From positions 2,232,001 to 2,296,000 of the forward strand of contig CDRNST010000057.1 in the NCBI GenBank assembly GCA_977016875.1: a DNA stretch of 64,000 bases, given 5' to 3'. The stretch is from Pavona decussata. Taxonomy: Eukaryota. Shown here in pieces: positions 49,066 to 62,830 of this stretch. Below the pieces are notes generated by a model. That model was not told where the DNA came from. It saw nothing but the letters and a program-made list of their open reading frames with translations, and did not search any database. Within the stretch, counting starts at the first letter, position 1, and each line of letters begins with the position of its first letter. The translations under genes were made by a program, and so were the position numbers.

Positions 49066-50255
49066 TATCAGACATTAAAATCGCCGCGCATACATTCCGC
49101 CTTCTTCTTCTGTGCGCGCAGTCCAACTTAAAGGGGCAGTGTCACCGATTTTTTTGTGTCATTTTGAATAGCCAAAAACATATTTGAATCGATGGAATCG
49201 TCAAAATAATGTTTCAGTTTTGTTAACAATAACCCTAATAATGCACAGAAACTAGTATTAATTATCTTTTGCTGGGTATGGCTAGGATGGAAATGGATTG
49301 CAACTTGAAAAAATTGGCCAGTTTTTTCAAGTTCCTCCTGTGTATTGTAGAGAAGTCATCAAAAACTGCTCATAGTTTGTTCTTCCTCGGAAGGTGACCC
49401 GAAACGGAGAGACGAAAGACAAAGAGAGGCCTAGGAACTAGGCAAGGATTATGCAGGTATCAATGTTAAAACGAAGAGGGGGGGGGTACGGGCAAAGGAG
49501 CGGCATTTGAATTTTGTTGCAAGTTTTTGGTCAAATTCCTGACCCTTGGGACTGGAACATGAGTTTAAGACCCAGTACTCTGCACGGTTAAATTCAAATG
49601 GACCCAGCCCTCTGCACGGTCAAATTCAAATGTCCGCAGCATGGGGCAAAATTTGTGGTCAAATTCCCCAGAGAGGGGACAACAGAAGCGTTCAAATGCT
49701 GCACCTTTGCCCCCCCCCCCCCCACCCCACCCCTCTCCATCTAACCATTGATACCTGCATTAAGGCTTGCCGAAGCCAAAGGATAAGTTTGCCAAAAGTA
49801 CCACATTGGTTACCACATTGACAAGTACTGCAAAAACTTCAGCAAGGAACTACTGTACTCTTTTCATCCTTAAGTCTTAACAGTAACCGCCACATTAGCT
49901 TAATGGTTTTCAAAATATTAAACAAATGCCATAAGAAAACGGAAGAGATCATTGAGGAGAATACAACTTGGAGTTTATTGGTTTAATTAAGAAGTGCAGG
50001 GGAGAACTCTACCAACACTTACCAAGATTAGAAACTCAACTGCTTGAATACGTATGCTTTATTTTCTTTTACTACAAAACTGATCCAAAAAACTATGCAT
50101 CTACATCAAAGCACCTTGGTTCACAAACTAATGACATCAGTCCCGCATGGCAAGTACGTCAATACTTTTGTTTTACTACACCAATGAATATACAAAAACA
50201 GAACATGTTTCGCATTTATAAAGATCAGCTAGCAAGGTGCAGTCTGTTACACTGT

Positions 50256-53200
50256 TTACTTTCCCGTCAGATGAAGAGCCCCAGCACCTTGGCCAAATCC
50301 ATAACCTTTGGGACCAAACAGTTTCCCATAGCAACCCTTGCAGTACACATCTCCTGGAGACAATGCATACAAAACAAGAATTTTGTCACAATATTATAAT
50401 TATTAACATGTATAACGACCAAATTTAAAAGGGTAAGACACGATAACATTGCAAGTTACACTGAACCTACACCCCTTACATTAGTATTACATGAAATATT
50501 GCATGTAACAGTTCCGAAGTACAATGATGGAGTGGAGAAGTCAGTGGGGCAAACAAATGTTGCAACTTTGTCACACAAAACGTTGAACACAATGTTGCAC
50601 AATGTGTCTTACAAACATACATTTTTGCCACATATTTTGCCACACAAATGAAATAACTATACATTATAACATAACAAAAAAAGAAAAGTCAGTGGCGAGG
50701 GGACCTAAAGAAACTATAGAGAGCTTATAAGGGATTAGACCCCCTCAAACTACGAACTAAGAGTAAATTACAACAAATGAAACAAACGATGGCATAGAGT
50801 CAGTTCATTTTTCATAATTACTCATTGGTTTACTCAATGTAGAGTTGAGGACTTTGTTGTCAAGCGAGTTAAAAAACTTGGGTCCTTAGAAAAAAACTGA
50901 AAACTTCTTAAAGTTTGTTCAACAAAAGGGGAGACAGTAGGCATGGGGATTCTAGTATTGTAAGAGTGGAACTGATTTGTTTGGGAGAAGTTATTACAAA
51001 ACCTTGTTGGCAAGAATGAATTTTTGGCCTTGAATATAATGCCAAAATCTCAATGGAATTTTTTTCTTCAAAGAAAGGAGTGAGTGACCAGCTCCCCCCC
51101 CCCCACCCCCCCGACCCCAAGCCCTCATCTTTAATTCAACATCCCTTATTGAATCAAACACTCAGCAGCCACTATTTCCCTCGTATAACGCTATGATAAT
51201 GAATAATACATATAGTACCATATAACTAGCTGCTCTGCCATAGCACTTTACAATTAAAATTGTCTTAAAAGATTGACATGCAATTTGAAAAAAAAACTAT
51301 TTACAAATTCATCCAACTTAGTTGCAACACATTTCATATCCAAGTGCCACATTTACTTGCACAAACATGTCTTCCACTTCCCCCACCCCCCCCCCCCCCA
51401 CACACACACACCTCTCAGCCCCCTTTTCCACCAGGGTACTCAATTATTTCTCATTTCCTCTTTTCTGAACTTGGTAAAAACCCCATAGCTTTTATATCCA
51501 CCCCTACCAGCGCAGCAGCAAATGAAAAAGGTGTATTGAATTAGCAACATAACGCTCAATAGCAAAAGCTAATTCCAGCCACTGTGACACTTTTAATACT
51601 TGCAGCATTAACAAGCTGAGCCCCTCTTTTTACGATAAACATAGTTTACAAGTTACTTTAACTTGTTTTTGAACTGTTTTAGCATGCATCAGTAGAAATT
51701 ACATTAGTTAATTAGCAGCTACACCCAACACGAATAGTTAAGAAAAAAAACTTCAATTTACAACAAAGTTTGCAGGCCTTTATATAAGGGATATTTGTGT
51801 ATGCTGTCATCTGTTCAATTCTTTTTTAAGCTCAGTTGTTAAGTTAAAAAAAAAATTAGCAAACTGATCCCTTTACGAGTTGCTGTAGGCTTTCCTAAAA
51901 TCCAACCTGGTCTTTTTTTCACTCACCCTTTAAGCTTTAACAGTGATCAGCATCAAATTTCTCCTTGTAATATGAATGCTTACTCAACCACTGAGGTCAT
52001 GAGAATTAAGGATATGATCACCAAGGTGAATTTTCTTGACATTTTAAATAATATTACTTCTCCTGGCCAGTACTTTTATAAGAAAAGTATGGGGACAAGA
52101 TAGGAGAATTTGCTCTTTGATATTGCAGGTTAAACAGTTAAGGACATTTTTCACCCTAATGCCAAAAACAACACAAAAATCATCTCAATTAAATCTTAAT
52201 TTTTGAGGTTACTTTGGCCGTCAATTAGGACAGATATTCACTGCACCAATGAAACCTTGAGTGCCTTGGATTTATGCTACAGCTTGTAAGCTAAAAGTCT
52301 CAAAGTTTTACTGGACTGACAACAGTACATCATTCAGTGAAGGCAGGCACGTACCGTTATGGTCGTTATAGGATCCAGAATCCAAAGACTTGTTGCAAGA
52401 AGGTTTGTTATTACAGGTGAAACAGCGCTTGTGGTACTTCAAAGAACCAGCTTTTACTTCCTCAGCCATATAGACCCTATCTTTACAGCGTGGACACCTG
52501 TCTGTGAGAGCAAAACCTTGGTGGTTACTGGGCTAAGTTACTGCACAGACCCAGTCAACTCTTGCTCTATTATATAGCACACACCTTTGGGACCATAATT
52601 TGGTCTCCATAATACAAAACATATGCACTATCAGGGGTCCTTTTTACTGATTATTTCTTGTTCACCGGGATCTTTAAATAAATCTGCCCATAATATCAGG
52701 GTGTCATTAATAGCACGATGGTCACAAGATTTCTTCGGTTTGGACTCCAAATCCCTCTGGAATTCCAATTATTATTTAGCTCCTTACTTTGCTCAAAAAA
52801 TGTTAGCATTTACAGTCAACCTAGGTTATCCATGACCAGTATTTCCGATAATGAAATGAACATTCAATTCCGAATTCCTCTTTGTAATGTCCGGCATTTG
52901 GAAAAATACACAACTGAAAAAATAATTCAAAATACTTGGGAAACAATTGTAATTTTGCGTTGGGTTGTGGATATTTTGTGGAACTGCAGATTGACAGAGT
53001 TTGGTTGGATGAAAGCATGAAATTTAGAGTGATTGTTTTCAACTAACCACAGAAATGGTAACATTTATACACTGAAGGGTCATTGCTAAGCTATATTTTT
53101 TCTTGCAATTACTAAGTTGCCTAAATAAAGCTAGTAGGAAGCTAAAGCAATGATGATGGCAATGGCTTACAACCAAAACAACAGCTCTGCAAGGAATTAA

Positions 53201-54427
53201 ACTTTTTGGTGCATTTCTTTGCTCACTCCACAACTGGGACATGAAATTTCCTGTGGGATTTTTTATGGATGACGTAAGCACATGACAATTTTTTTTCTCT
53301 ACTCTGATTTAGGTGCGGTCTCCAATAATTCAACTCCAGGAAATTCCATATACATTTGACATTTTAACGCAAGTTGGAATAATCGTGACAAGGTAGAAAA
53401 AAACACGAATTCACCGATGTTTTTGCTGCCATTACCATCTTGTTGCTATTAGCTCCTTAGAAGATGAAAACACTACCTTTAATTAGGCAAGTTATTTAAA
53501 AAATAATGGTTCGGTCAGAAATTATATACAGCTGATGTAAAATAGCAAAACAATGAACTAAACAAGGTCAAGGTTTAAATATTTAAAATTCAACAAAAGG
53601 AAAGTGTACACAGTCAGGTATCCGGATTTTAAAACAAAGAATGTAGGAAATTTTCCAGAAAGAACCATAAGAAGATGAAAGTAATTTACTCAAAACCGAA
53701 AAATATTTGTACTTTCTTTGACGTCATAGATTCTATTCAGAAACAATGTGGTGCATAATTAGTGAAAATTAAAAAGTAACTTCGGTAACAATCATGCAAT
53801 GTTGCTAATTCAAAGCTCACAAATTGAGGAACAAGCGAAAAAAAAGCAGACTCTAGCCTTGATATCACTGACATCCTTTACGATCTCGAATCATCGAAAG
53901 GAATAAAAAATTGTAACTAATTTCGCTCCGATTTTCATTTCACGCTTGCCTGGATTCGTGTCTGCATGACGCCATATATATTACTTTGAGTTCCGAGCTT
54001 TCTGATGGAAACAAATTTCTGCAGAATTTGGATTTCTTTCGTGATACGAAAACAGCCTAAAGCTCTCAACAATGATCATTATCCAATATTGTTTACTCGC
54101 AAGGTATCAACTATCGATTTCTCGAGTGTTGAAGAGAGATGCCTATAGAGAGGTAAAAGCGTAAAAGAGTGCTTACTCATTCCTGTATTTTGAGTCGTAA
54201 AAATTTACCTATAATTCGCCTTAACTCTTCAATACTTTGCCGAATCTCAACTTCAAACGAACGCGTTTCAGAGTTATTACGTAAAGAGCGCAAAACGAAC
54301 CTGGCGTTTTGCTAAGTTTCTCGGACGTTAGTTTCTTACCGAGTCAGTGGAAAGAACACGAACGAGTAAGACTACAGAAGTAAATGCCCGTTAAACATAT
54401 CAAATAGACGTTTAACTCACCAGCCAT
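50256..54427 (-). CDS. Single-LIM CRIP/CSRP-like copy 3, 83 aa; exons 54427-54421, 52501-52355, 50353-50256
   Basis: MA|[49 protein letters not shown]|[32 protein letters not shown]. Donors G|GTGAGT and G|GTACGT; phases match. Not visible in the ORF track. Confidence 0.88.
50660..50905 (-). mobile_element. Short LINE 3' remnant in a LIM-3 intron
   Basis: Minus strand GPKFFNSL motif. The 3' UTR resembles that of the 36182-36762 element (GTGGCGAGG.GACCT.AAGAAAC). Confidence 0.55.
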
Positions 54428-54905
54428 GTTGAAAGGGGTACTCAATCTTCCGATATTTTAAGAAAAAAAGCTCTCTGCGCTTATTTGGAGTTCCTTCGAC
54501 TAAAGAGAAGAGATTCCACAAATAACTCGAAGAGTCCAAAGAGTCATGGGACGTCTACCATCTTACCCTGCGAGCAGAGTCTCCTTCGATCTTCCTAGGG
54601 CGCGGCGAAGGTAAGAATTTCCTCGAAAAAGAAGTCAGAAATTCGCCCCAAGAACGTTTTGTTTTGTCCATCGCAAGTAAAATAATGGGATCAATAACGC
54701 AAACAAAGAAAAAAAATTCAACGGATCTAATGCATTTATTTTTTTTAATAAGGTTTTTTTAACAACAAGCCTGAATGGCCTGACAAAAAAAATTAGTCGT
54801 CACGCGTGACTCCCACGACCAGGTCCTCTGTTCAAAACATAAACAAAACAGCGGTTTTTAGACTTTTTAGTTTTTATTTTTTATGATCTCCACAACTCTT
54901 TTATG

Positions 54906-54943
<38 letters not shown>

Positions 54944-55026
54944 TCAGAAAACAGACAAGCATCTTAATTTTAAGTCGCTGTGATTGTAACTAAATCAGTT
55001 GAACTGAATCGAACGTAGACTTTCCG

Positions 55027-56843
55027 CTACTGTGTCCGAGTTAGAGCACCAGCCCCACCGCCAAATCCGTATCCTTTAGGGCCAAATTCTGCACCATAGC
55101 ATGACTTGCAATAGATCGCACCTAAGAAAAAAAAAAACAGAGCTCTGGGCATCATCATCGCTATCACTGCTTCGTAAACAACATTTTTTGTAAAACGATT
55201 TTTTAAATCACGATCGTACTATTCTACTCATTTGATCTATTATTCACATACTCCCTCCCTATGTTAATTTTGCGCATTTGCCCCAGGAAGAAAACTCATG
55301 CTTGTTGGTGACGGAGGTGGGAACGAGACCAAGTTATTTGAACAAAAGAAAGCCGTATCCGGCTAAACTTCCCTGATAGCCGAGAAGGTAACCCAAAAAA
55401 GTCCATTCTCCTCTGCATAAAAACCCTTGAAACTGTCCCAGACATCTTTTTCCACTTTATCAAATCCAATGCTAATTTCTACTGACCTAAAGGGGGAGTT
55501 ACACCTGAACGCCATTTCTCCGCCACTTGACATGGCTTTAATGACAATATCTCGTTCACGTTTCAAGGAATCCAAAAACCCTATCGCCATATTGCGAATC
55601 TGTGTTGTGGGGTATTTTGTGAATTTTTGGGTGATTTTGGGGTATATTTGGGAGGAGTAGTTTTTCTAGAAAGATTGGTAAAATTAAGAGAAATAAGAAG
55701 TATTGAAGAATTTAGTGAAGTATTAAAATTGGAATTTGTAGTTAATAATTAATAGACGGATGCCAGTTAGTCCACTAGCAACCTGGGGTGCTCTTGCGTC
55801 GGTATCAACTGTCTGTTAGTGTTCCAAACATTATTTTCTTTCTTCTATCCCTTCTTAAAACCTCTTCAAATTTCATTGAAATTTAGGTGTAACGCCCCCT
55901 TAATCGAAGAGGGAACCCGTTTTGGATATAACATTACAATACCCCTATTCACCCCTATCATTGACAGTTAAAAGTAGTACAGTAGGGTAGACAGTGTAGG
56001 GCAGCTAGGGTAAGTAGGAGAGGACACAGGTAAGGGCACTGCTAGGCCAGGGTAGGATACGGTAAGGTAGGGTAGGGTAAAAAAGACACATCAACGCGAG
56101 GACTGGATAGAAAATGATGAACCTCTTTTCATAGGAACTGTTGACATTCTGGGGTGGGGAGGAGGGAGGGGGGGGGATGTGTGTGCAGCAGAAGCCATAC
56201 CGACCCTCAGACTGCTAAAACTTCATCTACCCAGTGAGTTCACTCATCCTACTAATGTTCATGCAATCAGCCGTGGACGATAATTCTGCTGGTATACGTT
56301 CGATCACTGACTGGTGATCTAATCGCCGTAATATAGAAAACGAAGTACAAAAAAGCAGAGACCGCTACAATGTATAATGGTTTTAAATGATTGTGTAGTA
56401 TTTTTCAGCTGGCCAAACCAGCCTTCTTCAAGTACAATTTACAACCATTCTACCTCGTATCGGTCTCCGTCACCCTCCATACTCAATCACCCTCCCCCTC
56501 CCCCCCGCTCCCACATGTAACTACATGTAAACCTGACCTTAAACTAAAGGTAAGAGGTAAGAGGTAAGAGGTCACGCAATACTACTGAAGAGTTACTTCT
56601 GTAATAGTCAGTCACACGTTGCTTCTCCAACTCCAGCCCCAGTGAGAAGTTTTGGTTTCAGACTAGAATCCTCGTACCTTGGTGCATACAGAGATTGGTG
56701 CTGTCCAGTGATTTTTTGCACTTGCTGCAGGTGAAACATCTCTTATGCCATTTGCCACCCTCTGTATCAGATTTTTCCTCATTTGAATACACGCTTTTGC
56801 CGCATCTCTTGCAAGAAGGACCCCCGCCGTATTTGGGTGGCAT
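55027..56843 (-). CDS. Single-LIM CRIP/CSRP-like copy 4, 86 aa; exons 56843-56678, 55121-55027 (non-coding first exon ends at ~58192)
   Basis: [23 protein letters not shown]...[24 protein letters not shown]|[31 protein letters not shown]. Confidence 0.93.
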
Positions 56844-58185
56844 TTTGACTTCCTGTCAACAGATCCGCTTCTGTTTGTTCAAAGAGAAATTAGGTTATTC
56901 AGAGAATAAACCCCTTATGGTACAGCAAGTAAGTCAACACGCAAAATTCGTGTTACGCATGCGCCTATCACCAACTACACCAGATTTATAGAAATATATT
57001 CTGCGGATGACTCGCGCTAATTTTTGAGGTGGTTGGGGAAGTGAAAACCGGTCGTAGCTGGAATTCTTTCTCTTAGTGGTATCAATCCTTTGTTCTTGTA
57101 ACGAGGAGTCTATATATGGCCGGGAGCTTAACTCTCAGATTGTTCTCGAAAAAAAAATTGGGGGGCTATGCGCGGCATTTAACATTCCATCTATAACTAT
57201 AGACTGTTTAATTTCAGAGTAATTTTTAAACTGTTACACATGCACTGATTCGGTAAAATTAGGCAAACAAAAGAATATACATGAAACGAGAATATTATAT
57301 ACCCGTGAGTGTGAACATAAAAAAAGAAAGGCAAGTTTAAAAATACCAAGTCTTGTCAAAACAAATCATATTTCATGGGAGCGCACCCTAAAAGAACATT
57401 TTAGCAAATATACAAAAATGTTCTCTATATCATAAATGTGTTCTAGATGATTTTCTGCCCTTTTAAGGGCATACTGTATGTGTAAAATACATATCTCAAA
57501 AATTAGACTTGTACAGAGTTTCAGAAAACGAAATTTTATTCCCAGAAATTTAAAACTGAGCTGCTCTTGATTTCACGAAAATGCAATCTGACCGTTTTAC
57601 GCATTTTTAAATTAACGACATACAGTATTTGCCCCTTCAAAAATTACAGGAATTAATTCGCTTCCTAGTGTTTCGAACTTTCGAGCTGACATCCGAATTT
57701 CTGAAGCGATTGAGGCCTTCCAAACAGATATCCACCGAAATGAACTTTTGGATGCCCCTGATTTTTCGCATTTGTACGGTCAGTAAAAAGTGACGATATT
57801 AAACAAGCGTAATTTTTCTTAAAATCCACTAAATCTCTTGAATGGGTAAACTCTCGGGAAACGCGCGCGAGAACTGTGCAAAGGAAAATCTCAAGTTTTA
57901 TAACGTTTTATTTTAAGAGATTTGCTTCCTTGCAAACAGCCACAAAGAACTGCAAAATTACTTAGAACAACAACAGAAGAATTTGCCTAGATGAAAGTTG
58001 TCTCCGCCCCGGCTTGGTGTATGCTGATACTTGACTGATCAACTCTGATCTTCAGCATGCAAAGGTAATAATGTGCCTCGCATGCATATGACCTTTTACT
58101 AGAAAAATTTACAGCTTTTCATCATGATTATGTTTTTAGCGAGGGAACGGCGTGTATAGAAAAAAATATTTATACCGTGTCTGTT

Positions 58186-58915
58186 ACTCACCTTAACTCC
58201 CTGCACAGCAAACCTAGAACAGACGATCAAACTTCAGCCCACTTTCACTTGGCAGCTCACTGCGATGTGAACTCAAAAATAATTTGCTTAAATTGTTTAG
58301 TATCTTTGTCAGACGAAACAAGTCTACGATGCGAATCGGAGAATATAATTGTTGATCATTGATCAACCCACAGGCGCCCCAAGGTCAAGACAAGAGAATA
58401 CATTGTGCGCGAGGAACGTGACTCTTGCCTGGCAGATTTGCTGTTGTGTTACAACGGTTTAAATTATAAGGATTAGTATTGGAATGCAACACCTTCAAAT
58501 ATGCTGTCATACAAGAGTCACGTTTCTCTGACCTTGATCTTGGGTGGACTGTGATCAAGCACTCGTTGTTACACTTGCAGAGATTCTCCCTGCTACGTAA
58601 TCTTGCAAGTGATCAGATCTTTGAATAAAGAAATAACTTGGATGACTTGCGTGCCGTAAGCTATTATAGCACGTTTCACAAACAGCTATATTGAGTAGCA
58701 TACTCAGCGGGTTTATCTGTTTCTCAGAATTAAGAGAACGCTCACATAAAAGCTAATTTTGCTAACCAATTGTATAGTTTACCATAATAACTTTCAAATA
58801 GCCGCCTTCATTTCGTCTTTTGGCTTTAATCAATGGTTGAAACGAAAGACATAAGTTTTTCATGACTTTGTTTGTTCTCGAACGCCGTTGATAACTATTG
58901 GACAAATAAGGAGAT
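58186..58915 (-). promoter_or_regulatory. 5' non-coding exon and upstream region of LIM copy 4, conserved with 61478-61960 of copy 5
   Basis: Shared blocks TACTCACCTTAA (donor), GACGATCAAA, GACGAAACAAGTC, GGAGAATATAATTG.TGATCA, TTGGACAAATAAGG. Confidence 0.7.
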
Positions 58916-59327
58916 GTTCTGAAAATTTAATTATCAAACTGAAAAATGAGACAAAAGATTTATGTCCCTTCAAGTTGTCTGTCGCTTCATTCCATTATAA
59001 CTAACATCAATCATCGTAAAGAAATTCACTGGAAACGAAAAAAAAGGTGCAGGATTGGTTCGTTACATAGTACGTGTCGCCGTTAAATTTTCCGCGAGAC
59101 AAGCTGCACGGATTGTAACGCACGCGCGATAACACGCTTGATCGGATTTTGCGTTACGCCCGAGAGGTCAACACAAATGAAACTAATGCAAGTAAACTTT
59201 AAATCACGTTTACTAATAATGGTCACAATTAGCCAGAAGATAGACAATTTCTTCAGGGTGAGTCATAATCATGACTACATTTCTTGAACTGAATTACAAA
59301 CGAAAAAACAAGGACGGACCAAGTTCT

Positions 59328-60478
59328 CTACTGCGTCCGAGTGAGTGCACCAGCCCCACCGCCAAATCCATATCCTTTAGGGCCAAACAGTGCACCATAA
59401 CAGCCTTTGCAATAGATCTCCTCTGCGAAAGAAAGAGCGGTTATTAGTTTGTTGTCACCATGATTTTCATCATTATCGTGCAAAGTAACTAGGACACTCC
59501 CAAGAGATGCCAACATGAAAGGCCAACCAAAATAAACTTCAAAAATTAACAAAGAATGCCGTTTGAAGGCACTGACTGACTACATGAAGAGCTGAGCTGT
59601 TGTTTGAATCGTTTGGCTATTAAGCAATTTATAAAATTGTTACTGTTTCAAATGGTATCAAATAACTCCATCCACCCAACCAACCATGCATGCGCATGGA
59701 AAGAAGAGAAAGGCGGACAATCGCGNNNNNNNNNNNNNNNNNNNNNNNNNNNNNNNNNNNNNNNNNNNNNNNNNNNNNNNNNNNNNNNNNNNNNNNNNNN
59801 NNNNNNNNNNNNNNNNNNNNNNNNNNNNNNNNNNNNNNNNNNNNNNNNNNNNNNNNNNNNNNNNNNNNNNNNNNNNNNNNNNNNNNNNNNNNNNNNNNNN
59901 NNNNNNNNNNNNNNNNNCGCCTGTTGTGAGGCGCGCGGTTATCACCTCTGCCTTGGGGACCGAGGTTCGAGTCCTCGCCTTAGAGCCCCGAGGTGTTTGT
60001 TCCCAGCATTGCTGAGCAGCCAAACATCTGTCCGTGTAGTCACGCAATGATACCCCCAGAAAAAACTGCCATGGACTTCGAGCCGATCCGAGCGAAGCAC
60101 GCGCCGCTAACACACGCGAAAATTACCTCCTGTCAGTCCAGTTTCCTTCTGCGCGTCGCGTATCTTCGCGAGAGGCGATTCTCGCGCATGCTCGCGCGCT
60201 TTGCTCGCGTTACTATCCTCAAGAAAAATAAGGGACTTCTTGTAGTCTAAGAGTTCCATGACGAGGGAGCATGTTTCAACCTTTAATATACTCATACCTT
60301 CATGCATGTTGATGTTAGTACTATCCAGTCTAGTACTCTTGTTGTTTCTGGGGCAGTTCTTACAGGTGAAGCACTGGTTGTGCCAGTAGCCGCCTTTAGG
60401 ATCTTTCTTCTCTTCTGCCTGATACACGGTTTTTTCGCATCTCTTGCATTTATTACCCCCGCCAAATTTAGGTGGCAT
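59328..60478 (-). CDS. Single-LIM CRIP/CSRP-like copy 5, 91 aa; exons 60478-60298, 59422-59328 (non-coding first exon ends at ~61487)
   Basis: [23 protein letters not shown]...[29 protein letters not shown]|[31 protein letters not shown]. The intron contains an N gap. Confidence 0.92.
59726..59917. other. Assembly gap (N run)
   Basis: Run of Ns. Confidence 1.
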
Positions 60479-62329
60479 TTTGACTTCTTGTTAACGGCAG
60501 ATCCGCTCCTGTATATTAAAAGATGCATACAGATACTCGTACAATTTATCCACAACTTAGTCAATAAGACGCCCACTGAGCTAATCCACTCTTTGAATAA
60601 CCAGGATAAGACAAATAAAAAGAAAATTTGTATGGCGCATACACCTGCAGTTACTGGCTCTCCAAAAGTTATTAATTCCGGTAAACATCTGCAGTATATC
60701 AGTACCATCAAATTAAGCCAATTACTCCCCCCAACCCCATTGAAACACGACAGATTTTTCAATTAACCCTTACACCCTAGCTGTCTCCATTAACCTCCGC
60801 CCCCTCCCCCCCCCGCCACACCCCCAGTGCCTCCCATGTTAGGAAACACAAATAGTTCAAAAGTCACATTTCCGCGTTACCAATAGCCAAAACATCAGCC
60901 GTATCAATCAGTTTGTTCGTAAGAAAACTTGAAATCAATAAAACTATTTTTCCTTCAATCAGACTTCAATGATTACGACAACAACTTAAGGGTCAACCAA
61001 GAAAAGGCCCGAGTGTATCCGCGGGATCCCAAGATACGTGTAGTTTTCGGTCCTCTATTGTTATTAAGGAAATGTGAAATTCTAATGATTGGTGAGTTTT
61101 GCTGCTAGTTTAGCTGCTTTGTCAGTCCAAACATAAACAGTCTCGCTGCACTGACACTCAGTCCTTATATAAACAACAACAGTTTTTTTTTTGTTCTGAT
61201 TTGGCACCATAAATTACCGAGGCCTGGGATAAAAGAGTACGTCAAGTTCTAAAACGTCTTGTGGAAGGACGTTTTTTCTTGGTAATTGCTACAGGTAAGG
61301 GTAAAATTCGATGCATTCGGACAACAGCGAGTTGAGCTTAGATGAAAGTTGCCGCCCTTCCTGAGCACTGTTCGCTTCGCATAAATCATCGACTCTTTTT
61401 CTTTGGAAATGAACAGGATTTTCATTACGCCTTAAACGAACGAAAAGAGTTGGAATAGTCATTTAAACTGAACGATTGTACTCACCTTAAACCTCGCAAA
61501 GACGATCAAATAACGCCAGCGCTAGCTAAACAGCCTTCAACTCAAATGCAACCCACTTTGTGCTATCCGAACGAAGCTTATGCCACGATATTTTTGCTTG
61601 ACGAAACAAGTCCTCGATAGTGAATTGGAGAATATAATTGCTGATCAGTCACTTTGCGTTTACAATACATGGATGTGCTTTGCCAAATTCTCCCGTAATC
61701 TTTCAAGTGCAAATGACGGAGTAATGATTTGGCAGGCCAGTGAAGTGCTTAACTAACAGCAAATTTGAGTTGTCTGTTCCTCCGAATTAAGCAAAAAGTA
61801 AAGAGTAATCTCTTTTTATCAGCCAGTTGTTTTTTGTAACGTTCTATCCTTCAAACGGCTCCCTTCTCTTTCGCGTTGTTGGTTTTTTGTGAGCTGAAAT
61901 AAAAGACATGTAGCTCAAACATGTTATTTCCTCGGAAATTCTTGGACAAATAAGGGACGAATCAAATGCCACTGTCAAGTTAATGATGGCGTTTCTGGTT
62001 TCTAATCTTTCGTTTCGCGTGACTACGATAAATCTGAACTAACAACACGGTCTGCAATTCCTTTAGCCTGCAAAGCAAGTTTTTCTGTGGAGTTTTCTGT
62101 ACGCTCTTAAGTCTGGACGCGCGCGAAATGTCCCTATTTCCGCGCGGTCAGACAGCGAAAACCACACAAACGAAATGCTTGCCCTTTTAAGAGCCCTTTT
62201 TAAAATTTCCGCTGATCACCCCGTCACTTTTCTATGGGAGTACCCCCGGGGGGCCAGCAATCTCTGTTCTTCTTCCTTCTTTGGATAGGTGTGGCCATCC
62301 CAATGGAAACATAGAACAGGCGAGTCTTA

Positions 62330-62830
62330 TTCCTATGTTGCTGTTTTAAGAGTGGTTCTATCATTAGAGTCTGCGGATGCAATCCTAAAGTGTGACCATT
62401 CAAATGAATACCTTTTTATTCCAAAGACCTTTTTACTAAATGCTGTATGTGATATTGTATTCCACTGGGACCATCCACTAGATTAGCCTCTGTTATTTGG
62501 ATGATCCCAACTCACTTCCTTTGTAACTGATATTTTTTTTCGTTATTTTTGATGAATTTATTGCATATTTTAATTTCCAGTCTGTACCCTCTGTAAAGTT
62601 GAGTTGAGTAAATAAATTATCCGATATCTGAATGAAACCTACTGAGCAGTATAGTTTTCCAGTGGTGCTCTTTATTCTGCTGTACAATATGGTTCTAACT
62701 TTTGAGTCTGTGGATGGAATCCTAAAGTGTAACCATTCAAATGAAAGCTACTGAGCAGTCCTTTCCTGTGGTGCTGTTTATTATGCTGTACAAAGTGGTT
62801 CTAACTTTTCATACTGTTGATGAAATCCTG
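62330..62830 (+). repeat. Degenerate ~100-bp satellite-like repeat units
   Basis: Recurring GGTTCTAACTTTTGAGTCTGTGGATG.AATCCTAAAGTGT.ACCATTCAAATGAAAGCTACTGAGCAGT. Related units at ~46010-46280. Confidence 0.75.

Noticed and set aside
59604-60113. ORFs spanning N runs (also 7385-7600)
   Set aside because: Artefacts of assembly gaps.
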